Part shown: positions 1 through 13,999 of the stretch, one piece after another
Layout: each line of letters begins with the position of its first letter
Numbering within the stretch: the stretch's first letter is position 1
From: Sphagnum compactum
Lineage: Eukaryota
Direction: 5' to 3'
DNA length: 64,000 nucleotides
Assembly: GCA_965153455.1 (NCBI GenBank)
Contig: OZ234493.1
Span: 682,001 to 746,000 of the forward strand
The notes under the pieces: model-generated
Databases searched by the model: none
Told to the model about the DNA's origin: nothing
Seen by the model: only the letters and a program-made list of their open reading frames with translations
Program-made: the position numbers and the translations under genes

Positions 1-2307
1 AGGTGCTAACCCCATCAACATCAAAATGCACCAACCTTGACATAATGTCCTTTTGTTTCAAATCTCCTTATGTCATCAAAAAGTTTATTATTAACAAAGT
101 TAAGCTATCAACCCCAAATCCAAAGAACATTTGTTACACATTCAACAATAATGGTATTCAACACTAATTATGTACAATGTAATTATGCACACTTGCCCAA
201 CTGACATTATCCATTGTTATGACCTCATTACAAGTTAAAAAAACAAAGTTGGAATTTAGAAAACAAGTTTAATAACCTATAAAACTTCTTTTTGTATGTG
301 GTTTGTAATCTTCTAGTTAGCCCCATTAGATCAATGTTTCAAAAACTCATCCAAAGGTTGGAAGCCCTCACAATCAATCATTGGTTTACTTTTATTCAAC
401 AAACCAAAAACAATTTCAAATTGAACAAGTTTTCATTTGTCTTTCATGACTTACACATCACTTAGTTGTTGGAGGACAATGACTATAATAAGATGAACAT
501 AAGTAATCTCATTTCTTACAAACATACGTTTTGTGTCCATTATCCATTTACTATCAAAACCCTTCCTCTTATTTGCATGTTTATTTATATAATCCCATTT
601 AACCACCAAAACCTTTTTGTTATTCTCAATTTTGGTACAAACACAACATTTGAGAGTAGGAACCAATCAAAATCATTCAAATGGGCTCTACATAGGGCAT
701 TCTTATAACTTCAATCCCATGAAACTTATAGTCAACATTAGTTACAAATGTAGGTTTTTGGGACAAAGGGCAAATCCATCGTCAACATCAATGACAACAA
801 GGTTTTTCAAGCATGGCATCTGAATTTATGTCAAAGATTTGAGGTCAAAAAGAAATATGAACATTGAGAATAGGAACCAAAAAACAAACAAATTACAAGA
901 GAATTAAGATGAAAAACACAAGTGCACAAAGAAGTTTTAAGAGTTTAGGGTTTAGGAGCTTCTTGAAATCTTAAACTCGACTTGTATCTACTTGTTAAGC
1001 ACACACATCATGCTCCAATGATCACAAAAATAGTAGCCCACAATTGCACCAAGTTCCAACAAGTAGTCCACCGCTAACTATTCATTGTTCAACATGGATT
1101 CAAAAAGATGAACATTGCTGGCAAGCATATGAAGGGGAACGAAAATGCAAAGTTGCCTCCTTCTCCTTGCACACATGACTCAAGACTCGGGGGACTCTCG
1201 AATGTTCATTGCAAGTGTGCACAATGTTAGTAGTTACACATCACAAAGTCCAAACTCGAGTGAAATGAGATTTTTGGTGGCATTAGGGTTGCAAATCAAC
1301 GGCTTACAAGCATGTAATTTGAGAATACACATTGAATACAAGTGTCGAGCAAATTGTTGCTTTCTTGACAATGATGAGGGGGGGGCAACATGTGTTGTCT
1401 CGTTGTCCTTGTCATGATGATGCTGAAAAAACCCACTCCCAAAAAAAACACTAGATGCAATAGACTCACAAATGTGTAATACTGCATGCAGCTCAGTGGA
1501 GACAGCAATGCGGTAATGGCAGGACCTCGCATAGTCAAGAAATCACTTATTGTCCAGGCAAGCAAGTCATTCAGCAGCTGTGTGGACATTGGATCTGTAA
1601 CAAAAGGTTGCCAAGCTCTAGGATGTTGAGTAATTAGTGAGAGCTGTGAAGTTGAAATAGAATAATCGAGCTCAAATTTCTTTTGAGCTGGAATTCAAAG
1701 ACAACGTGTCTGCCATGACCTTAGTCTAAATTACCTTAGTCTAAATTATGGCAGCATTCAAATTGTCGATCATAATAAGTAGTGCCATCAGTCTGACAGT
1801 CAAGATCAAAACCATGAAATGCTAAAAGGGCTGTATTGCTTACTTGAGAGAGAGTCATGTTCTACTTTTTGCTTATCAATTTTGCTACCCAAAGATAGTT
1901 GGATTTTTATTAGAGATAACATAGAGGATTCCAGCAGTGACATTGTGGTCACATGCTAAGTGCATTCCAAAACCCATTGTACCAAAGCAGGGTTAATACT
2001 ACATAATATGCAGTCCCAGAGTTATTTTCATGCGCTTTCTGAATTAGCTCGTGTCCAAAATGTTTCATGCTACTGATTGGTGGCAGTGGTGCAGATTGAC
2101 AGCTGAGAAAGAAATTTAGTAGTGGCAAGAAAGCATTTTAAGTTGCGGGTTTGGTGCTTGATGTGGCTATGGATTGGTTGGTTACGTGTAGTGGTTGAAT
2201 TTTTGTAAGGTTATCAACTGGGCACTCACTCACTCGCTCACTCGATCATGAAGAAGCAAAATCTTGCCTGAATGCCCGACAGAGACATCAGGCCATTTGC
2301 ACATGCA

Positions 2308-2459
2308 GCACATTGCTTGTTACTGAAGCTTTTGCAGATACCCAAAATCTTGTATGTGAAATGATGTTCTGCATACCTGTAATGGCACATTGCTTGTTAC
2401 TGAAGCTTTTGCAGATACCCAAAATCTTGTATGTGAAGTGATATTCAACATACCTGTAG
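2308..2459. repeat. Tandem duplication, 2 x 77 bp
   Basis: GCACATTGCTTGTTACTGAAGCTTTTGCAGATACCC... starts at 2308 and 2385. Confidence 0.9.
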
Positions 2460-2746
2460 TGACGACTCTAGTTATTCTGGCATCAAAACTTGTTCACTGT
2501 TTTTGCTCATGAAAATTCCATTCATTTTGTGAAAATATTCCCCAGAAACCTATAATTGATGACTCCATTCATTTTTTCTGGCATAAAAACTTTTGTTTTC
2601 AGTTTTGCTCACACCATCCATATGAGGGTTAATCCTTAAAAGCCACCCTGCCTTTGGGCCCTAGTTTGACCCTGTAAATCCCTGTAAATCCCCAATTTTG
2701 AGTGTAGTAATAAAGTGAGCGAAATCGGGTACCGGTTTAATGAAAC

Positions 2747-3270
2747 TGGGGTACCATTTCATGAAAAGGTGTTTTTAGGTTTCTATTCTGACAAACTTGA
2801 TTTAATGAAGAATATGAGGAGCAGTGAAGTTCAGTTAGGGCAAATCCAAAACTGGGGTTGAAACTCGTGTAAGGACTAATGTAGTTGAGAAAACTGGTTT
2901 TTGTCTCCTCTTTCTTTTGTTTTGGTTTGCGTGTGTAATTCTTTGATCCTGACTTTTGATTTCATCCACAGTTTTGGCAAAACTGGGGCCCAGTACCCCC
3001 AGTTTGGGGTACCATTTCATGAAAAGGTGTTTTTAGGTTTCTATTCTGACAAACTTGATTTAATGAAGAATATGAGGAGCAGTGAAGTTCAGTTAGGGCA
3101 AATCCAAAACTGGGGTTGAAACTCGTGTAAGGACTAATGTAGTTGAGAAAACTGGTTTTTGTCTCCTCTTTCTTTTGTTTTGGTTTGCGTGTGTAATTCT
3201 TTGATCCTGACTTTTGATTTCATCCACAGTTTTGGCAAAACTGGGGCCCAGTACCCCCAGTTTGGGGTAC
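2747..3270. repeat. Tandem duplication, 2 x 258 bp, apparently identical
   Basis: Unit repeats at 2747 and 3005; TGGGGTAC occurs at 2747, 3005 and 3263. Confidence 0.95.
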
Positions 3271-5259
3271 TTTACAGATAACTCTGGGACTGTATATTAT
3301 GTAGTATTAAGTTGTGAAGTCATTTGCACTCTCTTACTTCAGTTCTCCTGCAAAGAAGATGCTGGCTGCACCAATGAGACATATATGGGAAGCTCCATCA
3401 TTTGAGATTCACAGCTACGTTTTTTTTAAGTCGTCAAAAAGACTTGGATCACAAATATCTTGAGATCAAATCTTGACTGCAATTCATTTGAGGAAAGGAC
3501 TTGTCCTGATGCCCTGAAAAAGAGGAAAAAAGACATGCTCCTAGATCTTCATGTGCACCTTCTTGAGTAGAGTGCCCAGCCCCCAATCCCCCCACCCAAG
3601 TTTGTTCTTGAGAAACCCACATCCTTGATTTGGTGAAAGATATGATATGCTGATGGGACCCATTTCTGAATACTTATAATAGAAGGGATCATTGAACTGA
3701 CTGGACAAATGGACCTTGTGCCTGCATGCAACCAGATCAGCTTTGAGGAGGAATCCTCATGTAAAGGAGAAATGTGAGAGAAGACTCGTGCAGCATGAGC
3801 CTTCTACAGATACCCTGATTGGGTATGACAAGCAGCGGCTGCTGCTGCTGCTGCTTCTTCTTCTTCTGTGGTCCCGTCCCCATAGTCCCCATTCCTTGAT
3901 GTGAGATCAGCTCCATATCCAATTGGACAACAACTGCAACTTTTCAGAGTCAGGAGATTGGAATTAGAAGAGGGAGTTGTTCTGACTCATGACTTCACCT
4001 ATCTTTTTGTCTTTTGATAGATGCCTTCTTCATATTGGGCACATTGCAAACACTGGCAGAAAAAAATTCTCGTATCTCCAGAGGGCACCACCTTATCCAA
4101 CAGAATTTCTCCTGGATCAAGGGCGGCCCGTTTTGAAAAGAGAATAAATGCCCACACTCTGGCAGGCACTTCTGAGTAATTTTTTGCCTTCATTTTGGGC
4201 ATAGTGTTTCTAGTGTCACCTCCATTTCATGATTTAGAGCATGTCCACCCACACCCCCCTACTTGAGCCTCTAAAAGAGTTCACCACATCCAATGTACAA
4301 TGTTAATTATCCCCCATGCCCACCAATAAGCATGAAAAAGCGAAGAGTCCAAAATCTAGTGTACAGGCCCTCGTACTGCGATGGATGCATCGACATTCTG
4401 TAAGGTCAGAATCTAGTTCATCAGGCATATCAAGCATTGTCCCTTTGAAGGCAAATCCACATAAATATTCACATCAGTCTGAACTACATGAATCCTTTGA
4501 ACTTCTTTGAATGTAGTACATATCCATTGGCACTTAATTGCGTCCTAAGGTAACAAGTTTTCATATCCTCGAGGTAAAAAACTTTGAGAATTTTTATAGT
4601 TTTCCATAAGTACGATGTTACATGGTTTTTTTTATACCCAAGTTCTTGATAGTCTTATTGATAACCATATGGCCATAGGTTGCTTTCATGCTTTTGAAAA
4701 CTCTCTGTTCATTTTGTGCCCTTTGCATTTTTTTGTGTGCTCAGGAAAGAGAGTTTGAAGTCTATCCTGCTCTCATAGTTTCCCCATGACATCCTTTCTC
4801 TGATCTAGTGTAGCCATGACATCCTTTCTTGCAACTTTTCTCAGCCAATTAATTTGTTTTGGTGGTGGAATTTGATTATTTTGTGATTTTTTCACAGAGA
4901 AGAACCTGAAAAAAAGGTGTTTTTTCAGTGTGAAATGTGTTTTTCCAGCAAAAAAAATCAGCACCTGTGTGGGATTATAAAACTAGGGAGGAAGCAAAAA
5001 ACATGAACTCCAATGCATTTTTCCCAACTATATCTTATTATTTGCATCTCTAAATACAGTACCAAAAGCATAGGTCAGATTGTTGTTAAGTTCAAGGTTC
5101 ATTTGTAATTCCATTGGAGCTTGTGATTTGTTTCAATACTGAACCTTACAATCCCAATGAAACTACAGCCTGCAATACATACATAAGAGATTGAACAACA
5201 ATCAAAACATTAATATGCAATGGTACTACCTTCATTGTTCTATGTCATTGATCTAAGTA

Positions 5260-5525
5260 GGGTTTTTCTCCAATTTTGTGATGTAGCCACACTGGCAATC
5301 ATTTACAAAAGGAATTAGCCAAATTTGGCTATAGGAAAAGAGGAAAGCTTAACCTTTTAAAAATCCTCCCATATTTTTGCAACCTTGTGGAACCTATTGT
5401 CTAAATATGGCAATTTCAACAAAAAAAAAACTCAACCACTCAAGTTCATTTTTTTCACAAAAATCCTTTGTATGAATTGCATTGAATTTTTTTCCTACAA
5501 AAAAATTGCCCAAAGGAAAAAGAAA
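5260..5525. repeat. Dispersed short repeat (MITE-like family); other copies at ~38321-38578 and ~39330-39400
   Basis: Shared core (G)ATGTAGCCA(C/A)ACTGGCAAT...ATTAGCCAAA(T/A)TTGGCT in all three copies. Confidence 0.7.
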
Positions 5526-5979
5526 GGTTATTGATGAGTCCTTTGATATAGATTGGAATTGCAATACAAAAGGGATGTGTCTATGTCCACTCCATAACCA
5601 ATGATTGTTCAAAGGTCACTACATGTAAGATAATAGATTCCAAACAACCTATTCACCAAAACAATATATTGAAACACCAAATGGTGTGGGTCTTGGGTTG
5701 TATATTGTGCCACTAAATATCAATGTTTAATTTCATGTCTCTAGGTGATTTTAAGTTGTGTATTTATTCTCCCAAGTAATCAATGAATATCTGATTTCTT
5801 TCACATGGTGACATCAATAGTTCTTTGAATTTGGTATTGGTTAGTGTTTTGAATTTGAAGGTTTGAAAATTGAAAAGCTTTTGGAGCAAGGCTAAAGTGA
5901 GTATGATTTGGGTAAAAGGAGTGTGTGATGCATTTATTGAAGACTACCAAGAAAGGATTGATTAAGTAGAAGTGAATGA

Positions 5980-6383
5980 TCTATCTATGATGCAAAGTAG
6001 TTTGTTTTGTTTTGTCTTGTTTATCACACTAAAATCTCGCAATCATGGTGTTTCATGTCATGTTTTTGGTATCTTTGGAAAGCTCTCAATGAGCAAGGGT
6101 GTGGAAGCTATTGATTATTGAACCATTTTTTTAATGAAAATTAAATAAATCGAAATTGAAAAGTGTTTTGGAATTTGGGGGTGTTTTTGGTGTTGTTGGA
6201 AAACCCTTGGCGACAGATTTATTAGAGTTTTTTTCACATTTTTCAAAGCTAAAGTGCGGAAGATATTGATTTTTTAGTGGATTTTGTTGCTAGAAATTCA
6301 AACAAATTGCAAAAATTGGGTTTGGAATATTAGTTGAGCCTTCAATGTGTTCACACTTGGGCCAATGGCATAGTCTACACTAG
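5980..6383 (+). mobile_element. Small non-autonomous Helitron-like element (~404 bp)
   Basis: A|TCTATCTATGATG at the 5' end and CTAG|T at 6380-6384, preceded by a degenerate GC-rich hairpin-like segment (GGGCCAATGGCATAGTC). Confidence 0.5.
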
Positions 6384-7609
6384 TGCTAGTGAAAAAGGAG
6401 TGGGATGGAAAATTTTGAATGACTAACAAAATTGCCAATGTTTTAATAACTGAATATGATCTTTTGTAAATCTTGGACTTGGATTTGGGACAATTATCAA
6501 TGTGAATGGATTGAGATAATAGTCTACTATGGGTTAATGAAATATTTGTCCCACTTGAATAAATTTCATCTACCTTCAATTTGGCCTTAATTGTTTCTTT
6601 TCAGTATATGTGTTTTTGTACAATTTTTCATTGTGTTTCTTCACATTAGGAATCTTAAGTTTTTGGGTCTGAGAATCTATAAATGATCTTAATTGTTTGG
6701 GTCTGAAAACATGTGAAACTATTTTAATTGTGTCCATCTAAAAGGTTAAATTCAAAAAAACTAATGTGGAATGAAATGTTGTGCACTTTTATCCAACCTA
6801 TGATATGCAAGGACCAACCCATTTCCAATGATCTTTCCTATGGGAACCTTTTTGGTATGGGTCAAAACACACTGAAAGGAGCCAAAAGGGCATTGGATGT
6901 TAGATAAATTTGAAAATTTATGTGAAAATGTCCATGTTTGGCAATTGGAAAGTCATTGTAATTGTGAAAAATTGTGCTAAAATACCAATATGAATGTTGA
7001 AAAATTTTAATTGACAAGCCATTTGCTAAAATTTCAAAGTTTGAATGGTGCCAACAACTTTTGAAATTGAACCAATGCCTCGTTGTATAAGGATTATTTT
7101 GCAAAGGACTACATAAATAATTTTTGAGGTTCAATTTTTTGGGTATAATAAACTAGAATAAAAAAAATTATAAAGCATTAATTATTTTCAAAATATATAA
7201 TTTCATTTTTTAACCAATTTATTGTATGTCTAAACTATAAGAGTCTTTTGTAATATGTAAATGTGAATTTTTGTGCATGTTGTATTAAACAAAGTTATAG
7301 TTTCTAATATAGAAATGTGAATGATAAAATATTTGACATGGTTTCATATGATTTGGTCATTTTTCAAACTTACTACCAAAAAATGCACAAATTTCAAAAA
7401 TAAAATAAAATAAAAAATTATTTCCAGATAGCTTTAAAAGCATTTAGAAGAATGCATGTTGTAGGCAAGGTGTCATTGCAAAAAATCCCATGTAAAAATT
7501 CAATCTAAGGTGGATGCAAGAATTAATTAAGTGGAACTAGGTTTATTTTGCAACATATAAGTGATAATTGAACATTTTACATCTAATGTATTTATGAATT
7601 TTTCATCCA

Positions 7610-9280
7610 TTATTAAAACCCTAAAATTTCATATTGACCGCCCATCCCAATCAAATGGTTTGGAGGCATGTTGGCCTTTGAAACATGCACCAAAATTTTC
7701 AACGCTCTCATTGTGTCATGCATCTTTGAGTTGCCAACATTTAGAGTGATGAAAATTGTGTTGCAAGTCATCGAATTGGTGCTTATGCATTTGCTTGCCA
7801 AAGTAAACATGTGTGTGTTTGGCAGAGTGCGAACATGCATCAACTTGAGAGCGTGGATTTCATTGTTAGAATAATGAAATGTGTAGTACATTTTTGTAAT
7901 TTGCAAATGAACCAACTTTTGCAGCCATGGAAATGCACAACATATAGCACATACAAAATTGTTATTTTGCATTGAAGGGTACATATTATGTGTTTTTTCC
8001 ACATTTTAACAATGCAAATCTACTTTTATGTGTAGTAGACATTTTGAAAGCTTGAGTGACCCGATGAACTTTTGTTGTATTTATTACAAGAGGCTTGATG
8101 TTATTAAGGTCTGCATAGTGTGTGGGTGTCAAGTTCAAATTTCAAAATTTCCAACACATCGACAATTAGAAATTGAACAAGCATTGTGTGTTTGGTTTAA
8201 GGGTTCAAACTTTGCTCTTTAAACGCAAACCCTTTGTGTTTTCATTATGAAGTTTTCATGGCATTTATTGATGTTCAAATTGTTAAAGTTTGCAATTCGC
8301 ACATGTACGAGTTGGTGTTTTGGTTCTAGTAAGTTCAACACCATTGTTTGTCACAGGATTGGAAATGTGGTACAAATAGATGAAGCAATTTACATGTTTT
8401 TATTTTGGGGTTTACAAATCTATTCATCATTAGATCGAAGACTTTGCACAAAGAGATGGAACGATCTACATGATTTTGTATAGGTGTTCAAAGTTTGCAA
8501 TGCATGTTTCTATTTTACGGGTTAGAATTTACTACATCCAACGCATCAATGCTTTCACTTATTGAAACTTGTTCTAACCAAAAGTAACTTGCCATAAGTT
8601 GATGAAGTTGTGATGCATGAATATGTTGTAGGTTTGGTCAACATCAAAAATCCTTACAGACAAAAGAAAGTTGGCGACGTTTTAATTAGCTGATTTCAAA
8701 GATTTTGGAATTCAATGGTTAAAAACTATGCACTGCCTTCAACTAATCACAAAGATATTAGAGATAAAAGAACAAAAATGTGGTACCCTAGTGCCTAACA
8801 TTTGTGGGTTACATTCTTCTAGTTTGAAAGATGCATTTGAAATGCTACTTAAATTTAGGTCCCTCTTTGAAGTTACATGTTGATTTGCATTAGGAATAAG
8901 ACATTAGACTCTCAATTTTCAAATTTGTTGTTGAATATGTAATGATGGCATTTTGAAGATTACAACTATCAGTTTTCTTCATTTCTTCAAATTTTCCAAC
9001 TTGTCATAATCAACCACTCACAACTAATTACAATGTTGTGTTGACCTTCAACACTCCAATGCCACAAAATATGGTGTGACAATGAACAATGGAAGTTTGG
9101 AAAGAAGGCACATTTTGGCAAAACTGCAAACTGGAAAGCCCACCAATGTTGTTGCATTCCTAAACCAACAAATGCATTCATAGCTTGAACAAGAGGTTAA
9201 GAGGTGAATAATCATACACACCTTGTTGGAAAAGATTTTGAAGCAAGCTGCCATGGTAAAATTTGAAAAAAACAAGGTGG
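7610..9280 (-). pseudogene. Highly degenerate hAT-type (ZNF862-like) transposase remnant
   Basis: Broken motifs in expected order: PYF..GIGV (DESTD region), IHASQLHQL (IHCxAHRL-like), and LASKCISTNSMTCNTIFITLNVGNSKMHDTMRALKILVHVS resembling the hAT dimerisation domain; many stops and frameshifts. Confidence 0.4.
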
Positions 9281-11244
9281 TTTGCTTTCAGGAGTCACTG
9301 ACCAAGGCTCCAAAGCAACAAATGTGTATTTTCTACATACCAAAGACAACATTTTTTCTTGTTGTTTCATCTTTGTCTTTTCCTTTTTGACAGATCTTTT
9401 ATCTACCTACTACATTGGACTGAAAGAAAAAGTTATCAATATGTTTCTAATTCCTCTAAGATGGTCCATCTTTAAGGTAGAATATTGAGTTTTGTGCTAG
9501 TTAAAAGCAAACAATTTCTATGCAAGATGTTTTCTTCATTTCTACAATAGCTTTGGATATGGGTGTAGCATGGTGATTCCAACTTTCCATCAAGGATGAA
9601 CCCCGTTGCTCACTACAAACACTCCCATTCAACCATTATTGAAGCCCAAGTTCAAGCTCAGCTAGAGGAAAACAATATCAAATATGTTGATCTTCTTATT
9701 GGTGGCTTTGCTGAGAAAAATCAAGAACACCAAATGCAATAAAGTTGGAACAATGTAAGTTTACCCTTGGTTTCCAATTTGGGAAATGGCTTATGTTCTT
9801 TGGAATGTTATAGCCCACGTTATAGATGATTTCATTTGGAAATTCACATCAATTTCTGTCATGGTGAAGAATCCTAGAAGTTGATTTGTCAACAAACCCA
9901 AAATCTGTTACTAGCCATTGTTGATACCCTACTAATATTGAATGTCACTGAACTAAAAGATTGCAAATTAGTCTGTCAAGTCTGCAAAAGTTTCAATGGC
10001 ATCCTATAATTTACATACAATCATTATTTATGATGGAAATGTTAAACATAATTTGTGGCAATTTGGATCCATGGCCTAAATGGGGTTCTTTGTTCCTAAT
10101 TGTTATAATTGATGATGTAGCTTAATCATGAACCAAAATTTTCAAATCATTGATCAACTTCTTGTTGATATGTCTTCAAATAATCTGTATTAACCACAAG
10201 CAAATTGAAGGTGGTTTGTTTTGAACCAACATGCAAAATTGCAATCTTGGAATTTTGATATTGCTCCAATTCTATTTATAAATGCTTGGGGTTAATTAGT
10301 TTAATTGTGTTTTTCATGCTCAATGGTTTCAATTCCAATATGTGTTTTTCATGACCTCAAGTTGGGTGTTTAATCTTGTAGGTGGTGGTTTGGTTTTTTA
10401 TGAGGATACAACAAGTCATCAGCTACAATCTTGTGTTTTCCACTTCACAATCCAATCCAATGGCCAAAAAACCTTGCGAGGATGCTAAGTTCCTTGCCTT
10501 CCATGCTATCATGTGCCAATTTTTGACAAGGTTTCATGAACAAGTGTTATTTAATTCAAATTTTGAATGTCATTAGATAACTATGATTATTTGTAATTAT
10601 TTGCAAATTATAGTCTTGAAAGATCCTATCAAGTGAGGTCTTTATTTCAGTTGATCAAACTCCTTGATATAACATTTTGTTTTATTTGTACATTATGAGC
10701 CATTGTTTTATTAACACTTTGTTTAATTTTAGCACTCAAGGTATTTATCCTAGCAATTAGAATCTTCTTCAATCACCTAGAATATATCATATTTTCACCA
10801 CTTGAGTTTTTGACCATGCACATAGACTGTTAAATGCACCATTTAGACTCCTTTTCAATCACACATAATCATGCAGTGATGTTGACATAGTGGTGAACTC
10901 ACCACTCATAGTCCTATTTAATCACCCAACATTAACTTTTCACCATTTGAGTCCTTTCCTTTCCACACAAAGGGTTGAATGTCATGGAACTACATATTTG
11001 TAACTATACAATTATTCTGTAACTACAAATCCCTTGTAGTTGTTGATTCATGTCATCTTGCTTAATTATGGACAATAATGTTTATCGTCATTGCTAGGAT
11101 TTCCAATAGCTCTTTCCTTGCAATAATCTTGTGAACTATTTGTACATTACAAATCCTAACTATACACCTAGCACATTTGAATGGAGATATAAGTAGTAGT
11201 TTGAAATCGAATGCAACAGATCAATAGCATGTCCATGAGTTGGG

Positions 11245-11574
11245 ATGGGACAATATTCAGGAACAATACTTGATGACTTGATTTTGACCTTTGTAGTGCC
11301 GAAAATATTGAAAGTTTCCCCCTAGGAGGAGCAAACTAAATTATTCCAAAGCTTGCAACTTTGTAATAAAGCTTGGAAGAGGTTAATAAACAACATCACT
11401 ACTTGGTTACATATAAAGTTTTGTTTACTTGTTTTGCATTTTGAACGATAAGCTGGTTTGGAAGCGCAAAGAAAATTACTGTGGAAGAATCGTGAATCTA
11501 GAAGCTACTACATGTATCAAGGCAACAAGTATTACTTGTCTTCTAATGACTCTGACAAAAAAGCAAAGGACTAA
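11245..11574 (+). pseudogene. F-box-like ORF with two in-frame stops
   Basis: Manual translation MGQYSGTILDDLILTFVVPKILKVSP*EEQTKLFQSLQLCNKAWKRLINNITTW... fits the F-box pattern L(P)DDL..L...L.LVCKAW..LI. Confidence 0.55.
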
Positions 11575-12064
11575 CTTAGGACACTTCTATAACTTAAATG
11601 TTCATTGAAGCTCAAGCTAGTGACTGCAATTGACTTGTTGGACAAGAAGTCACTAGCATAAGGTCCAGCAAAGTCACATAATCATCTGGCTTTCACCTAG
11701 TCTTGAATTGCATTTGACCTTTACCTCATTTATATACATTGATAAATGTAAACATCTAAAATAAATTGTACCTAAGTTATTATATCTTGTGCGCACTTGT
11801 ATGCATTTAACCTAAATAATTTACCTAGTATTATGTTTACAAAGTGAACATGGCATACATGTGTTTATAGCTTCCAGATTCATGCTTCCACCATTGCTAT
11901 TGTTTCAAATCAAATCCAAGAAATGAAAAAATCAAGAAGAAAACCAACTCAACAAAACCTAAAAGAGGTGATTTTAAAGCACCATCAATGATTTTCCACT
12001 TGGCATATTACAATTGAATCATGACTCATAATTGTTTGACAATCACAAACAATGGTTACCTAGC

Positions 12065-12645
12065 ATTCTAGGTAATTGAAAAGGACCCCAACTACTTTGT
12101 GAATACCCATTGTGCTAAGCAAAGACTCCTAGGTGGTTGACAAGGACCCTGAATGCTTATCTAATATACTCAAGTGTTTTTTGAAGGATCCACTATGATA
12201 ATCAAATATTCTTAAGTGGTTGACAAGGACCCCGAATGCTTGTCCAATCTAACCCAAGTGTTTTTTGAAAGACCCACTATGATAACCAAAGACTTTTAGG
12301 TGGTTAACAAGGACCCATCTAGTTATTCAATCTACCCAAGTGTTTTGTGAAGGACCCCTTATGTTAAACAAAGATTCTTAGGTGGTTGAAAAGGAACCCA
12401 CAACTTATCCAACATACCCAAGTGCTTGCACAAGACCCCTAGTGCAAACCTAGGACTGTTTTAGTTGGTTGACAAGGACCGAAGTACTTATCCAATGTAC
12501 CCAAGTGCTTATGTAGGCCCCCAATGCAAACTAAAGACTCTCGGTTGGTTGATAAAGACCCCAATTTTTGAACCAAACTACCCAAGCGCTTGTGAAGGAC
12601 AACTATTGCAAACCAAAGACTTTTAGGTGTTTGACTTGACCCTTT
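12065..12645. repeat. Degenerate tandem repeat, ~7 x ~83 bp
   Basis: GGTGGTTGACAAGGACCC-like core recurs at ~12132, 12215, 12299, 12381, 12464, 12544 and 12626. Confidence 0.85.
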
Positions 12646-13999
12646 ATGCTAGCTAAGTATAACTTGCAAATGCTTGATAATGATTTTGCATGCTAGCCAC
12701 TGGTCTAAGTGAAATGTAGCAAGGAGATTCATCAATAATATCATAGGGCTCTAGAAAAGAATTAATAGGCTTACAGACAACAATGTTGAAACATCAGAAC
12801 AACCACTACAAGTTTGACACCTAGGGAAATTTAAACCATAATGTAAAATTACAAGAACCAATAATTACTTTTAAAGTGAAACAGTTGTAATCTTGTCAAT
12901 GCACTCAAAAGAGGAACCCCATAATCATGTTCCTAGAAATTTATGATCAGCTCAAAATGCATTCAATTAACCTGCTTGCCATGAAATAGTCATGCAATAG
13001 AAATTCGTCAGCAACAAGTCCATTCAAATGAACTAAATCAAATATGATCAAGAAAATGGATACATAATAACATGAACTAGCTAGGATAATTATTGTTTTT
13101 CAACAATCATGCTCAATTCATGTTTTAAAATAACAACATTGTGTATTTTATTTTTCAACCAAGCTCTTGTCTATTGAATTAGGACTCACTAAAGGACTTG
13201 TACCCGTGCTTGACACTACTCCTTGTGCTAGCCACTAATTTAACAAGTGATAATTAGTGAGGATAAATTTTCACACCTTATAGGGCCTTAAAAAGATCAA
13301 TCCCCAAAAATAAATTAACTTACAACCAAAACAAAAACTTCACCCATAATGTCAAATTACAGTAAAGAGCTTATAATTACCTATAACTTGTTAAAACTTG
13401 TAGTCACCTTCCCAACACATTGGAGAAAATCTACACAAGTTCATGAGCTTATCATGACCCGGGAACATATAATGTCTAATGACATACATAGACATGCATG
13501 AAGAAACTTCCACATTAGGACCACACTAATCTTGGGCTTGATTCAATCAAGATACCACAACAAACTTGACAAGGTAGGTCTCACCACATGTTCAAAAACA
13601 ACATGAACAAATTGGAAATGGTTTTTAGTTCTATGATACAAAAACAATTTACAGATGATAAAACCTCTGAATTTAAGGGTTAAATTTTTATAGAAATGAT
13701 AACTTGATAGTTTTGAAAGTATTTGGGTGTTGAGTTATAAGGTGTTGGCCCAATGCAAGAGTGATTTGGAGATGACCAAGTAGTGCATCCAAGTACAATT
13801 CTCTTGATAACAACAACATAATTTCAAATTAGCATAAGAGCAAAACTAATTGTTCAAAGTTCAAACATTCAATAGTTTTTATAAAACCTTGGTCATCTAG
13901 GCATTCAAAGAACTCCATAAGCACCATCATGGATTCCAATTCTAATCCTAAGCAAAAACCAATTAACAATATGGTATAACATCCAACAAATTAGAAAGA

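Larger units (their letters stand above)
1993..3310. mobile_element. Segment bounded by 33-bp terminal inverted repeats (non-autonomous DNA transposon/foldback, superfamily unclear)
   Basis: TTAATACTACATAATATGCAGTCCCAGAGTTAT (1993-2025) is the reverse complement of 3278-3310 at 32/33 nt; no coding capacity recognised inside. Confidence 0.55.

Noticed and set aside
3540-4510. GC-richer stretch with (GCT)n(TCT)n and several short ORFs
   Set aside because: No recognisable domain or consistent frame; could be UTR, lncRNA or an old pseudogene
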